A stretch of 64,000 bases of DNA from assembly GCA_963800275.1 (NCBI GenBank), contig CAWDAI010000013.1, positions 69,403 to 133,402 on the forward strand, given 5' to 3'. Position 1 is the first letter of the stretch. Every line of letters begins with the position of its first letter. The stretch is from an uncultured Chloroflexia bacterium (lineage in GTDB: Bacteria; Chloroflexota; Limnocylindria; Limnocylindrales; CSP1-4). The notes beneath the pieces were generated by a model. It was not told where the DNA came from. It saw only the letters and a program-made list of their open reading frames with translations, and did no database searches. Position numbers and translations under genes: made by a program. This document shows, in pieces, positions 26,601-35,315 of this stretch.

Positions 26601-27491
26601 GCCCGAGACCTTCGAACTGGAGGTACCCGGCGCGTCGTTGGCGTACGACGTTCGCCGGTCGTCCATCGGCGGCGCGCCGGTCCTGCTGATGGCCGGCTCG
26701 CCCATGGGAGCGGCTGGGTTCGGCACCCTCGCCGGCTACTTCCCCGACCGCACGGTCGTCACCTACGACCCGCGCGGTGTGGAGCGGAGCCGTCGGACCG
26801 ACGATGCGTCCGAGTCGACGCCCGAGGAGCACGCCGACGATCTGCGACGGGTGATCGAGGCTGTGGGCGGCGCACCGGTGGACGTGTTCGCCAGCAGTGG
26901 TGGCGCCGTCAACGCGTTGGTGCTGGTCACGCGGCACCCCGAGCTGGTGCGGACGCTCATCGCGCACGAGCCGCCGGCCGCCGACGCCCTGCCGGACCGC
27001 GCCGAGGTGTTCGAAGCCTGGGAGGCCATCCATGCCACCTACGAGCAGGACGGCTTCGGCCCGGCCATGGCCCGCTTCATGGCCCTCGTCAGCCACCGGG
27101 GTCCCGTGCCCGCCGGCTGGGCGGAGACGGTCGCCCGGACCCGGCCGCGTTCGGCTTGCCCACGACCGACGACGGCACCCGCGATGACCCGCTGTTGGGG
27201 CGGAACACCGTCACCTCGATCGGTCGCGTTCACGACTTCACGGCGCTGAAGGCAGCCTCCACGCATATCGTCATCGGCGTCGGCGTGGAGTCGGACGGTG
27301 AGCTGGCGCATCGAGCAGGGGAGGCCGTGGCCGCCCGTCTCGGGTCGGCGCCGCTGAGCTTCCCCAGCCACCATGGCGGGTTCCTGGGCGGTGAGTACGG
27401 CTACGCCGGGGAGCCGGAGGCGTTCGCCACCACCTTGCGCGCGGCGCTGGAGGATCGACCGTCGGGTGGCACACCCGCTATCCGAAGTTAG
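26593..27491 (+). pseudogene. Alpha/beta hydrolase split by a frameshift
   Basis: Frame 1 carries the lid and nucleophile region (VFASSGGAVNALV, HEPP) up to ...PVPAGWAE. The continuation (DPAAFGLPTTDDGTRDDPLLG...SFPSHHGGFLGGEYG) is in another frame. The junction lies within 27121-27138 and equals a 1-nt deletion. Confidence 0.7.
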
Positions 27492-27501
27492 TGGAGACAC
27501 C

Positions 27502-27981
27502 ATGGATGCACCCTATCCCTGCCTCTGGTTCGACGGGACGGCGGAGGAGGCAGCCGAGTTCTACGTGACACTCTTTCCCGATAGCCACATCGAACGCGTC
27601 TGGCGCACGCCGGCCGACACGCCCAGCGGGCCGGCCGGTTCCGTCCTCACCATCGACCTGACGCTCCACGGGCAGCGCTTGCAGGCCCTCAACGGGGGAC
27701 CGGCATTTCGCCTGAGCGAGGCCGTCTCATTCGTCATCGAGTGTGACGGACAGGACGAGGTCGACCGGCTCTGGGAGTCACTCGGAGAGGGCGGGGGCGA
27801 GCCCGGCCCCTGTGGCTGGATCCGCGACCGCTTCGGACTTTCCTGGCAGGTGGTCCCGCGCCGCCTGGGGGAGCTCTTGTCCGGCCCTGACCGCGATCGT
27901 GCTCAGCGAGCGATGGAGGCGATGCTGAAGATGGGCAAGATCGAGATCAGCGAGCTGGAAGCGGCAGTGGGCAAGGCTTAG
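27502..27981 (+). CDS. VOC-superfamily protein (PhnB / 3-demethylubiquinone-9 methyltransferase-domain type)
   Basis: PCLWFDGTAEEAAEFYVTLFPDS...LNGGP.F...SFVIECDGQDEVDRLWESL...CGWIRDRFGLSWQVVP. Confidence 0.8.
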   Translation: MDAPYPCLWFDGTAEEAAEFYVTLFPDSHIERVWRTPADTPSGPAGSVLTIDLTLHGQRLQALNGGPAFRLSEAVSFVIECDGQDEVDRLWESLGEGGGEPGPCGWIRDRFGLSWQVVPRRLGELLSGPDRDRAQRAMEAMLKMGKIEISELEAAVGKA

Positions 27982-28051
27982 GCACGTAGCCGCAACGTCG
28001 CGCGGCGATCCGTCACGCGCACGCAAGGGTGATGGACGGACCATTGACCTT

Positions 28052-28702
28052 ATGATCGAGGCGCTTGCCTGGCTCGCGATCGTCGTGGGCGTCGGGTCGG
28101 CGGCATATGTCGCCATCGACATCTGGCTGCGCGGCAACCGCCTGCAGATGCCCATCATGGAGGTCGTGTGGCCGGTGACCGCCCTCTACCTGGGCCCGCT
28201 CGCCGTGCTCTGGTATGGCCGCTGGCGGGTGCGTCGAGGCGAAGAGCATCCGGACCGTTCCATGCCTGTGGCCACGACCCTGGCCGTCAGTCATTGCGGC
28301 GCGGGCTGCACCATCGGCGATATCTTCGGCAGCTCGCTGGTATTCCTCACCGGACTGACCATCGCAGGGCTCTCGCTCTGGCCGGAACTGGGCATCGACT
28401 TCCTCTTCGCCTTCGGACTGGGCATCGTCTTCCAGTACCTCACTATCGCGCCCATGCGCGGGCTCTCCCCGCGTGAAGGACTGGTGGCCGCGCTCAAGGC
28501 TGACACGCTGTCACTCATCGCCTTCGAGGTCGGCCTGTTCGCCTGGATGATCTTGACCCAGCTCGTGCTGTTCCCCGAGCACCTGCATCCCGACGAGGCC
28601 ACCTTCTGGTTCATGATGCAGATCGGCATGGCCTTGGGCTTCCTCACCGCCTATCCCGTCAACTGGTGGTTGGTCCGCAACGGCATCAAGGAGCGGATGT
28701 AG
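28052..28702 (+). CDS. DUF4396-type integral membrane protein
   Basis: Several TM helices with the conserved HCGAGCTIGD segment and MEVVWPVTALYLGP. Confidence 0.7.
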   Translation: MIEALAWLAIVVGVGSAAYVAIDIWLRGNRLQMPIMEVVWPVTALYLGPLAVLWYGRWRVRRGEEHPDRSMPVATTLAVSHCGAGCTIGDIFGSSLVFLTGLTIAGLSLWPELGIDFLFAFGLGIVFQYLTIAPMRGLSPREGLVAALKADTLSLIAFEVGLFAWMILTQLVLFPEHLHPDEATFWFMMQIGMALGFLTAYPVNWWLVRNGIKERM

Positions 28703-28745
28703 CCGAAACACACCCGTGCTGCCTATGCCGGCCGCTAAACAAGGG

Positions 28746-28789
28746 CCGACCGACCGGGCGTCGGTGGGAGCGAGCGCCCGGTCGGTCGG
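28746..28789. terminator. 15-bp perfect hairpin between convergent genes
   Basis: CCGACCGACCGGGCG (28746-28760), 14-nt loop, CGCCCGGTCGGTCGG (28775-28789). Confidence 0.5.
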
Positions 28790-28829
28790 ATGGGATAGGA
28801 GATTCGGTCGGGAAGAGTGAGCCAGACGG

Positions 28830-29600
28830 TCAGCCTTCGCTCGGTGCGGTCGAGGCCTCGGCGCCGGCTTCCTGCATGGCCTTGAGCTGATCCCGGATCT
28901 CCGACACCTGGTCCTCCAGGTCCTTCACGCGGTCCCGCACGTTGGACGGACTCACACCCTTCAGCTGGTCCTGCAGGTCCGACACGTCGGCATTCAGGGC
29001 GTTGACCGTGTCCTGCAGGTCGCCCAGGTCCTTCTGGTTGATCTGGTTACCGATGGTGACCATGGGTGCGGGATGCTCGGAATCCTTGTCGCCGTCCCAG
29101 TTGATCTCGGTCAGGCCGCAGGTCTGGACGACTGGGAAGCTCAGGGTCGCGCCCTCATCGGCGGGGAAGTGGGCGCGCAGGCCGAACTCGGCATACTGGC
29201 CCGCCGGCAGCGAACCGCCGGTCCAGCGGATGCTCGCGATCTGGTTGTCCAGGGCCTCCCCGGTGGAGACCGCGGCATCGGCCGACTCGACTGCGGCCGG
29301 TGACGCCGACGCATTCGCCGACTCGCCACCCACGGTCTCGACCTCGATGGTCCAGCCGGGCGCGGCCTCGGGGATCACGTTGCGCACCGCTTCGGGGATC
29401 TGCATCTCGATCTGGTCGGTGGCCTCGCCATCGCAGCCGTGCAGCACGGCCAGATGGATGATGCTCACGCTATCCGCCTCGACGGCACGCCCTTCCGGGA
29501 TGTTGACGTTGGCTGCGACCGGCGCGGCCAGCAGGCCGGCGGCCACGGCGGCGATCGCGGTGCCGTGCAGCAGGCGTTTGGTCGAGCTAGGGCTCTGCAT
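28830..29600 (-). CDS. YcnI-like (DUF1775) secreted protein with a coiled-coil C-terminal tail
   Basis: Signal peptide, then HLAVLHGCDGEATD...IRWTGGSLPAGQYAEFGLRAHFP (DUF1775 pattern). The last 70 aa or so are heptad-like (DLQDTVNALNADVSDLQDQLK...VKDLEDQVSEIRDQLKAMQ). GAGGAG lies upstream of the ATG at 29600. Confidence 0.6.
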   Translation of the reverse strand: MQSPSSTKRLLHGTAIAAVAAGLLAAPVAANVNIPEGRAVEADSVSIIHLAVLHGCDGEATDQIEMQIPEAVRNVIPEAAPGWTIEVETVGGESANASASPAAVESADAAVSTGEALDNQIASIRWTGGSLPAGQYAEFGLRAHFPADEGATLSFPVVQTCGLTEINWDGDKDSEHPAPMVTIGNQINQKDLGDLQDTVNALNADVSDLQDQLKGVSPSNVRDRVKDLEDQVSEIRDQLKAMQEAGAEASTAPSEG

Positions 29601-29874
29601 GGGGTCTCTCCTCAGGTGGTCGTGCTCTTCGAATGGCAAATCGATCGCCATCGAACCGGCGATCACCATCGAGGCTGCGGGCTACCTCTTTGCAGTCGCG
29701 CCCCCGCTGCCCCGGCGAGCCTTGCAGTCGCATCACAACGGGGGAGAACGGGTTCGGGCCAGTACGTCCGGGATGCTGGCGATGGACCCCGTCCACGTGC
29801 TAGCGTCGAGGTGACCGACTGCCTCGCTGCCGGCACCGTCCACCCCCACCGGTCGTTTCGAGGAAGCCCACCGC

Positions 29875-31158
29875 ATGCGTTTGACCCGACTGGCCACCGC
29901 CATCGCACTCTTCATCGTGCTCGTCGCCGCGACCGTCCCGGTCGTCGATGCGTCCCAGGTCCTGAGGCACGGCTCCCGTGAGCGGCATTGGGTGGCCCTG
30001 ACCTTCGACGACGGCTGGAGCGCCTCGCGCTGCGGGCAGATCGCGAACACCCTGCGGTCTCGCAACGTGACCGCCACCTTCCTCATCAACGGTTCCATCA
30101 TCGGGCGTGACCCGGCTCGTTGGCGACGCATCCTGCATGGTTTCCCGCTGGCCAACCACACGCTCACGCACGCCTGGCTCGACCGCCTCTCGGAGGCTGG
30201 CATCCGTCGTGAGATCCACGATAACGAGGTCGTCGTCGAACGAGCTCTGGGTCGCCAGATGTTGCCGCTGATGCGCCCGCCCTACGGGGCCTACGACTCG
30301 GCGGTCGTGCGGGTCGCCGACGCCCTGGGCTATCGCACCGTGCTCTGGGACGTGGACAGCGCGGACACCGCCTCATCGTCGGTCTCGACGGTGATCGCCT
30401 ACGGCTCCCGCGGCATCAACGGCTCGATCGTGCTGATGCACTGCGGTCCTTCGGTCACCCCGGCAGCGCTTGGCAGCATCATCAGTTCCTACCGCGCTCG
30501 CGGCTTCCGGTTCGTGGACCTCGGCGCGATGCTCGGTCTCGGCGCGTCAGCACCGCCCATGGCCTGCCGGGTCCGCAATCGCGAGACCGGTGTGGTCAAG
30601 GGGAACCTGGCCGCGGCCGCGCGCGTCGCTCACCCGGGACAGCACCTCGTCCTGCGGGGGACGTGCCGCGGCACGACGTGGATCAGCAAGGCGCTGACGG
30701 TCAAGGGCACGCGCACCAAGCGGTCGGGCCTGCCCACGCTCGCGGGCATGGACCATGGGCCCGTGATCACGATCGCCCCTGGCGTGCCGGTGCGCCTCGT
30801 CAGCGTGACCGTGCGCGGTGGTGCCGCTGGACGCGCCGCGGGCATCCTCAACCGGGGACGGCTGACCCTGCGGGACGTCGTCGTCCGCGGCAATGAGGCT
30901 CGTGGCACCGGTGGTGGGATCGTCAACCTCGGGCGCCTGGAGCTGTTCGGGGCCACGTCGATCCGCGGTAACCGCGCGGCCGATCATGCCGGTGGCGTCA
31001 TGAACCGCGGGACCCTCGTCCTCGGCGACCACGCTTCGATCACCCGCAACGTCGCGAGTGGACGCGGCGGCGGCCTGGACAACAACGGTGTGCTCATCGG
31101 TGTCACCTGCGGCGGGAACATCCGCAACAACTCCCCGGATGACTGTGCCGGCGCCTGA
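29875..31158 (+). CDS. Polysaccharide deacetylase (NodB domain) fused to right-handed beta-helix repeats
   Basis: TFDDGW, ANHTLTH, RPPYG, LMHCG, then the C-terminal repeats GGGIVNLG / GGVMNRG / GGGLDNNG. Confidence 0.85.
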   Translation: MRLTRLATAIALFIVLVAATVPVVDASQVLRHGSRERHWVALTFDDGWSASRCGQIANTLRSRNVTATFLINGSIIGRDPARWRRILHGFPLANHTLTHAWLDRLSEAGIRREIHDNEVVVERALGRQMLPLMRPPYGAYDSAVVRVADALGYRTVLWDVDSADTASSSVSTVIAYGSRGINGSIVLMHCGPSVTPAALGSIISSYRARGFRFVDLGAMLGLGASAPPMACRVRNRETGVVKGNLAAAARVAHPGQHLVLRGTCRGTTWISKALTVKGTRTKRSGLPTLAGMDHGPVITIAPGVPVRLVSVTVRGGAAGRAAGILNRGRLTLRDVVVRGNEARGTGGGIVNLGRLELFGATSIRGNRAADHAGGVMNRGTLVLGDHASITRNVASGRGGGLDNNGVLIGVTCGGNIRNNSPDDCAGA

Positions 31159-31190
31159 TCGCGGCGTCGGCCACCAAGGAGGTCCGCGCC

Positions 31191-31790
31191 ATGGCTGAGG
31201 TCCTGCTCTTCCATCATGCCCAGGGGTTGACCGAGGGCGTCAGCGCCTTCGCCGACCAGCTGCGGGCAGCCGGCCACACGGTCCACACGCCCGACCTGTT
31301 CGATGGGCGGACGTTCGCGACCATCGACGAGGGCATGGCTCACGTCGAGAGCGTAGGCTTCGAGGCGTTGCGTGAATGCGGAGTGCGGGCGGCCGACGAG
31401 CTGCCGGTCGAGCTCGTGTACGTCGGCTTCTCGCTGGGCGTCATCCCGGCCCAGACACTGGCGCAGACCCGGCCCGGGGCGCGTGGCGCCGTGCTCTGCT
31501 ACTCATGCCTGCCGGTCAGTGGTGAGTGGGCGGTCGGTCCCTGGCCGGAAGGCGTGCCCGTGCAGATCCACGGCATGGACGCCGACCCGATCTTCGTTGG
31601 CGAGGGCGATATCGAGGCCGCCCGCGAGATCGTACGCACGGCCGATGACGCGAAGCTCTTCCTCTATCCCGGCGACCAGCACTACTTCGCCGACAGCTCC
31701 CTGCCCTCCTACGACGCCGGCGCTACCGCCCTGCTGCTCGAGCGTGTCCTCGGCCTGCTGGCGCGGGTGACCCAGCAGCAGATCGAGTAG
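31191..31790 (+). CDS. Dienelactone hydrolase family protein
   Basis: LLFHHAQGLTEGV...AGHTVHTPDLFDG, nucleophile elbow GFSLG, and C-terminal YPGDQHYF. Confidence 0.8.
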   Translation: MAEVLLFHHAQGLTEGVSAFADQLRAAGHTVHTPDLFDGRTFATIDEGMAHVESVGFEALRECGVRAADELPVELVYVGFSLGVIPAQTLAQTRPGARGAVLCYSCLPVSGEWAVGPWPEGVPVQIHGMDADPIFVGEGDIEAAREIVRTADDAKLFLYPGDQHYFADSSLPSYDAGATALLLERVLGLLARVTQQQIE

Positions 31791-31904
31791 CTGTCTTCTC
31801 GCGCTCGTCCTCGAGGCCCAGGCGAGCCCGGACATCGTTTCGTCACCTCCGCTACATCTGTGCGTGACGTGTCGCGGCCTACCTTGCGCAGAGCGGGGGT
31901 CGAT

Positions 31905-32402
31905 TCACCCGGCGCGGGAGCCTTGCCCTGCGTCCCGGGCCAGCCCCTGCACGACCGCTGCGCCCAGCGCGGTCAGCAGACCCGGCGGTGCCAGCACCTT
32001 GCGCTCACGACTACCGCCGCCGAGGATGATGCGGGGGCGCTCCATGACGCGGGCATCCACCCACATCGGCAGCTCCGGTGGCAGTCCGATGGGGGTGACC
32101 CCGCCGATCTCCTGGCCGGTGAGCACGCGCGTCTCATCGGCCCCGGCGAACGAGGCCTTGCGGACGCCCAGCCGCCTGCGCACCACACGGTTCACGTCCA
32201 GGCGCGTCGTGGCCAGGACGACACAGGCGACATACACCGGCGGCTCGACCTTGCCGGCCACGACGATGGTGTTGGCCGAATCCTCGAGGGCGTAGTCATA
32301 GGCCGCGCAGAAGGCAGCCGTGTCGGCCAGGCTGGGGTCGCAGGGGACGATCTCGAAGTCCACGCCCGTGGCCTCGAGCCGCTCGATGAAGGGATCGCTC
32401 AT
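31905..32402 (-). CDS. YbaK/EbsC-type aminoacyl-tRNA deacylase domain protein
   Basis: NTIVVAGK...VACVVLATTRLDVN...TGQEIGGVTPIGLP...VDARV. Start chosen at MSDPFIERL. Confidence 0.8.
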   Translation of the reverse strand: MSDPFIERLEATGVDFEIVPCDPSLADTAAFCAAYDYALEDSANTIVVAGKVEPPVYVACVVLATTRLDVNRVVRRRLGVRKASFAGADETRVLTGQEIGGVTPIGLPPELPMWVDARVMERPRIILGGGSRERKVLAPPGLLTALGAAVVQGLARDAGQGSRAG

Positions 32403-32570
32403 GGGTCGCGATCCTAGCCGGTGCCGGACATGGAGGCCACGGGTGCGCCCCAGACGCAGCTGAGCCCGAGCGTCGCGCACTGACCCATGCGCAACCACGG
32501 GGCCATCGAGGCGCGCTTGTGGTAGCGTTACCATCAGCGTCTACTGCAGCAGGAGCGAGGTACCTACCCG

Positions 32571-33632
32571 ATGGCCCAGCCATTCAACGACACCATTCCC
32601 AGGACCGACGTCCAGCGGGGCCTGAACAAGGACGATCTCATCGTCATCACCGGCGCCGGTGGCTTCATCGCCGGATCCCTCACGAGGTACTTCTCCGAGC
32701 AGGGCTACACCAACATCCGCGCCATCGACCGCAAGCCGCTGCCGGACTGGTACCTGCGCGTGCCGGGGGTCGAGTCCATCTCGGCGGACCTTTCTGTGGA
32801 GGCCAACGCCATCGAGGCCGTCAAGGGCGCGACCGAGGTCTACAACCTCGCGGCCGACATGGGCGGCATGGGCTTCATCGAGAACTTCCGCGTCGAGTGC
32901 CTGCGCAGCATCCTCGTCAACACCCATCTGACCGAGGCGGCCTACCGGGCCGGCGTCAAGCGCTACTTCTTCAGCTCCAGTGCCTGTGCCTACAACACCG
33001 ACCTGCAGAAGACCCACGAGGTCATCGCCCTCAAGGAGTCCGATGCCTACCCGGCCATGGCCGAGCGCGGCTACGGCTGGGAGAAGCTGATCAGCGAGAT
33101 GTTCTGCCAGGAGTACTGGGCCGAGCGCCAGCTGGAGACGCACATCGCGCGTTTCCACAACATCTACGGCCCCAATGGCACCTGGTTCGGCGGCCGTGAG
33201 AAGGCCCCCGCCGCGATGTGCCGCAAGGTCCTCGAGGCGCAGGACAGCGGCGACCTGAAGATCGAGATCTGGGGCGACGGCGAGCAGACCCGCTCGTTCT
33301 GCTACATCGACGACTGCCTGCATGGCATCGACCGCATCATGCATTGCGACGAACTCATCGCTACCCCCATCAACCTCGGCTCGAGCGAGATGGTCTCGAT
33401 CAACCAGCTCGTGGACATCGTCGAGGACATCGCGGGCGTCAAGCTCGAGCGCTCGTACAACCTCGATGCGCCCAAGGGTGTGGCCGGCCGCAACAGTGAC
33501 AACACCTTCATCGAGGAGGTGCTCGGCTGGGAGCCGGATACGCCCCTGCGTGAGGGCATGGCCGAGACCTACGCGTGGATCGCCGAGCAATTCGCGGCCC
33601 GCAAGGCCGGCAAGCGCGTCGTCTCGGGCTAG
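32571..33632 (+). CDS. GDP-mannose 3,5-epimerase-like SDR
   Basis: Collinear with remembered plant GME motifs: GAGGFIAG, NLAADMGGMGFI, SSACAY, YGWEK, RFHNIYGPNGTWFGGREKAPAAMCRK, GDGEQTRSF, GRNSDN. Confidence 0.85.
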   Translation: MAQPFNDTIPRTDVQRGLNKDDLIVITGAGGFIAGSLTRYFSEQGYTNIRAIDRKPLPDWYLRVPGVESISADLSVEANAIEAVKGATEVYNLAADMGGMGFIENFRVECLRSILVNTHLTEAAYRAGVKRYFFSSSACAYNTDLQKTHEVIALKESDAYPAMAERGYGWEKLISEMFCQEYWAERQLETHIARFHNIYGPNGTWFGGREKAPAAMCRKVLEAQDSGDLKIEIWGDGEQTRSFCYIDDCLHGIDRIMHCDELIATPINLGSSEMVSINQLVDIVEDIAGVKLERSYNLDAPKGVAGRNSDNTFIEEVLGWEPDTPLREGMAETYAWIAEQFAARKAGKRVVSG

Positions 33633-33638
33633 GGACCG

Positions 33639-34451
33639 ATGACGGCGCCGAATACGGCTCCGCCGATCCCCGCGGGCCTCCAACGGGCCATCGGCACACT
33701 TCCCTACCGACTGCAGATGGCGGGCGGCTGGATCGACCAGCCGTTCGTCTCCGGGGCCAACCCCGAGCCGCCGGGGTCGATGGTGGTGGTCTCGCTGCGC
33801 CCGACCGTGCGCTACATGGAGCGCAGCGGGATGGCCACCGGCACCCGGCGCGTGGCCGTGGAGCTGTGGGGTGGGGACATCCCCGCCGACCGCGCTTCGG
33901 ACGAGCTCGTGCGTGAGCTCTATGGCGTCGAGAACGAAGGACTCACCGACCCCTCGGGTTCGCAGGACATGTGCGGGCTGATCTACCGAGGCATCAGCCG
34001 GCTCGACTACGACGCGTCGGTCGAAGGTGGCTGGTTCCCCAGCCACGTGGAGTCGAATATCGACCAGGCGGTCATCTCCTGGCTGGAGGGTGTCATCAAC
34101 CTCGTCCCCGTCGGGGGCCGACCGGAAGGCTACAACCCGCTGGGCGTCAAGAACCTCGATCCCCGCTGGATCGCCCGTCTCAGCCACAGCGGCCGGCAGT
34201 GCTACGACGCCATCGTGGCCATGGACCTCGCCGCCCTGGGTGCCGCTCTGAACGAGTGCTCCCATGCCTGGCGCACCATCCTGCCCCAGGTCTACGAGCA
34301 TCCGGCTATCAAGAGCGACCTGTGGGGCTTGCTGGAGGGCTACATGGGCGCATACGCCGGAGCCATGTACTCCGGCTGCGGTGGCGGCTACGTCATCGTG
34401 GTCTCCGATGATCCGCCGCCAGGCTCCTCGCACATCTCGGTGCGCGTGTGA
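33639..34451 (+). CDS. Compact GHMP-superfamily sugar kinase-like protein (fucokinase/HddA-like)
   Basis: RLQMAGGWIDQP (compare R.DLAGGWSDTPP in fucokinase), SGMATGT in place of GSGLGSS, GSQDMCG (compare GWQDQ), and C-terminal SGCGGGYVIVV (motif III-like). Only 270 aa. Confidence 0.55.
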   Translation: MTAPNTAPPIPAGLQRAIGTLPYRLQMAGGWIDQPFVSGANPEPPGSMVVVSLRPTVRYMERSGMATGTRRVAVELWGGDIPADRASDELVRELYGVENEGLTDPSGSQDMCGLIYRGISRLDYDASVEGGWFPSHVESNIDQAVISWLEGVINLVPVGGRPEGYNPLGVKNLDPRWIARLSHSGRQCYDAIVAMDLAALGAALNECSHAWRTILPQVYEHPAIKSDLWGLLEGYMGAYAGAMYSGCGGGYVIVVSDDPPPGSSHISVRV

Positions 34452-35263
34452 TGGCCGACCGGGTCATCGTCGAGGCTGACCTCGACGACCTGCGTTCCGA
34501 CGATGTGCGCTTCCTGGAGGAGGCAGCCAGGCTCGGTCCGCTCCACGTGCGCCTGGCCTCCGATGCGCTGCTGGCGCGAACGACGGGTGCCACGCCCAGG
34601 TTCCCCCAGGCCGAGCGCGTGTTCCTGGCCGAGTCGCTGCGCTGGATCGGCGGCTTCGAGGTCGTGGACGAGTCGCTGACCGAGGCACCCGGGGAGGCGC
34701 TCGCCGGCGCCGACGTCCTGGTGATCCGGGCTGAGGAAGACGGTCCCGGCACCCGTGAGGCCGCGCGTTCAGCCGGCGTGGAGCACCGTGTCATCAGGCC
34801 CGAGGATCGAGCCGGGTTCCCGGCCCACGAGCCCCACGAGCTGCCCGCCGGGACCGAGACGGTGATGGTGACCGGTTGCTTCGACTGGCTCCACTCCGGC
34901 CACATCCGCTTCTTCATGGACGCCGCCGCGTACGGTCCCCTGTACGTGGTCATCGGCAGCGATCGCAACGTGCGCCTGCTCAAAGGGGAGGGGCACCCGC
35001 TGCAGACCGAGGACGAGCGCCGGTACATGGTCGGGTCGATGCGCCCGGTCTATCGCTGCCTGGTGTCGTCGGGGTCGGGCTGGATGGACGCCGAGCCGGA
35101 GATCGACCGGCTCAAGCCGCGCTACTACGTGGTCAATGAAGATGGCGACAAGCCGGAGAAGCGTGCCTTCTGTGAGGCCCATGGCCTCGAGTACACGGTC
35201 CTCGAGCGCGTCCCCCATGCGGGTCTGCCCGCGCGTTCGAGCACCGACCTGCGGGGGTTCTAG
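34451..35263 (+). CDS. Tandem cytidylyltransferase-fold protein (degenerate N-terminal copy plus intact C-terminal copy)
   Basis: The C-terminal half has VTGCFDWLHSGHIRFF (the GxFD..HxGH signature). The N-terminal half aligns to it but reads VEADLDDLRSDDVRFL. The start overlaps the upstream stop, with alternatives GTG 34448 and ATG 34451. Confidence 0.75.
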   Translation: MADRVIVEADLDDLRSDDVRFLEEAARLGPLHVRLASDALLARTTGATPRFPQAERVFLAESLRWIGGFEVVDESLTEAPGEALAGADVLVIRAEEDGPGTREAARSAGVEHRVIRPEDRAGFPAHEPHELPAGTETVMVTGCFDWLHSGHIRFFMDAAAYGPLYVVIGSDRNVRLLKGEGHPLQTEDERRYMVGSMRPVYRCLVSSGSGWMDAEPEIDRLKPRYYVVNEDGDKPEKRAFCEAHGLEYTVLERVPHAGLPARSSTDLRGF

Positions 35264-35315
35264 CGCGCGATTTCGAGTCGGCCGGGGGCGGCTGGTTACG
35301 TTACCATGACAACGT

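Noticed and set aside
32541-34433. 630-aa minus-strand ORF
   Set aside because: It is antisense to the GME-like and GHMP-like genes, which have clear family motifs. It is a shadow ORF.
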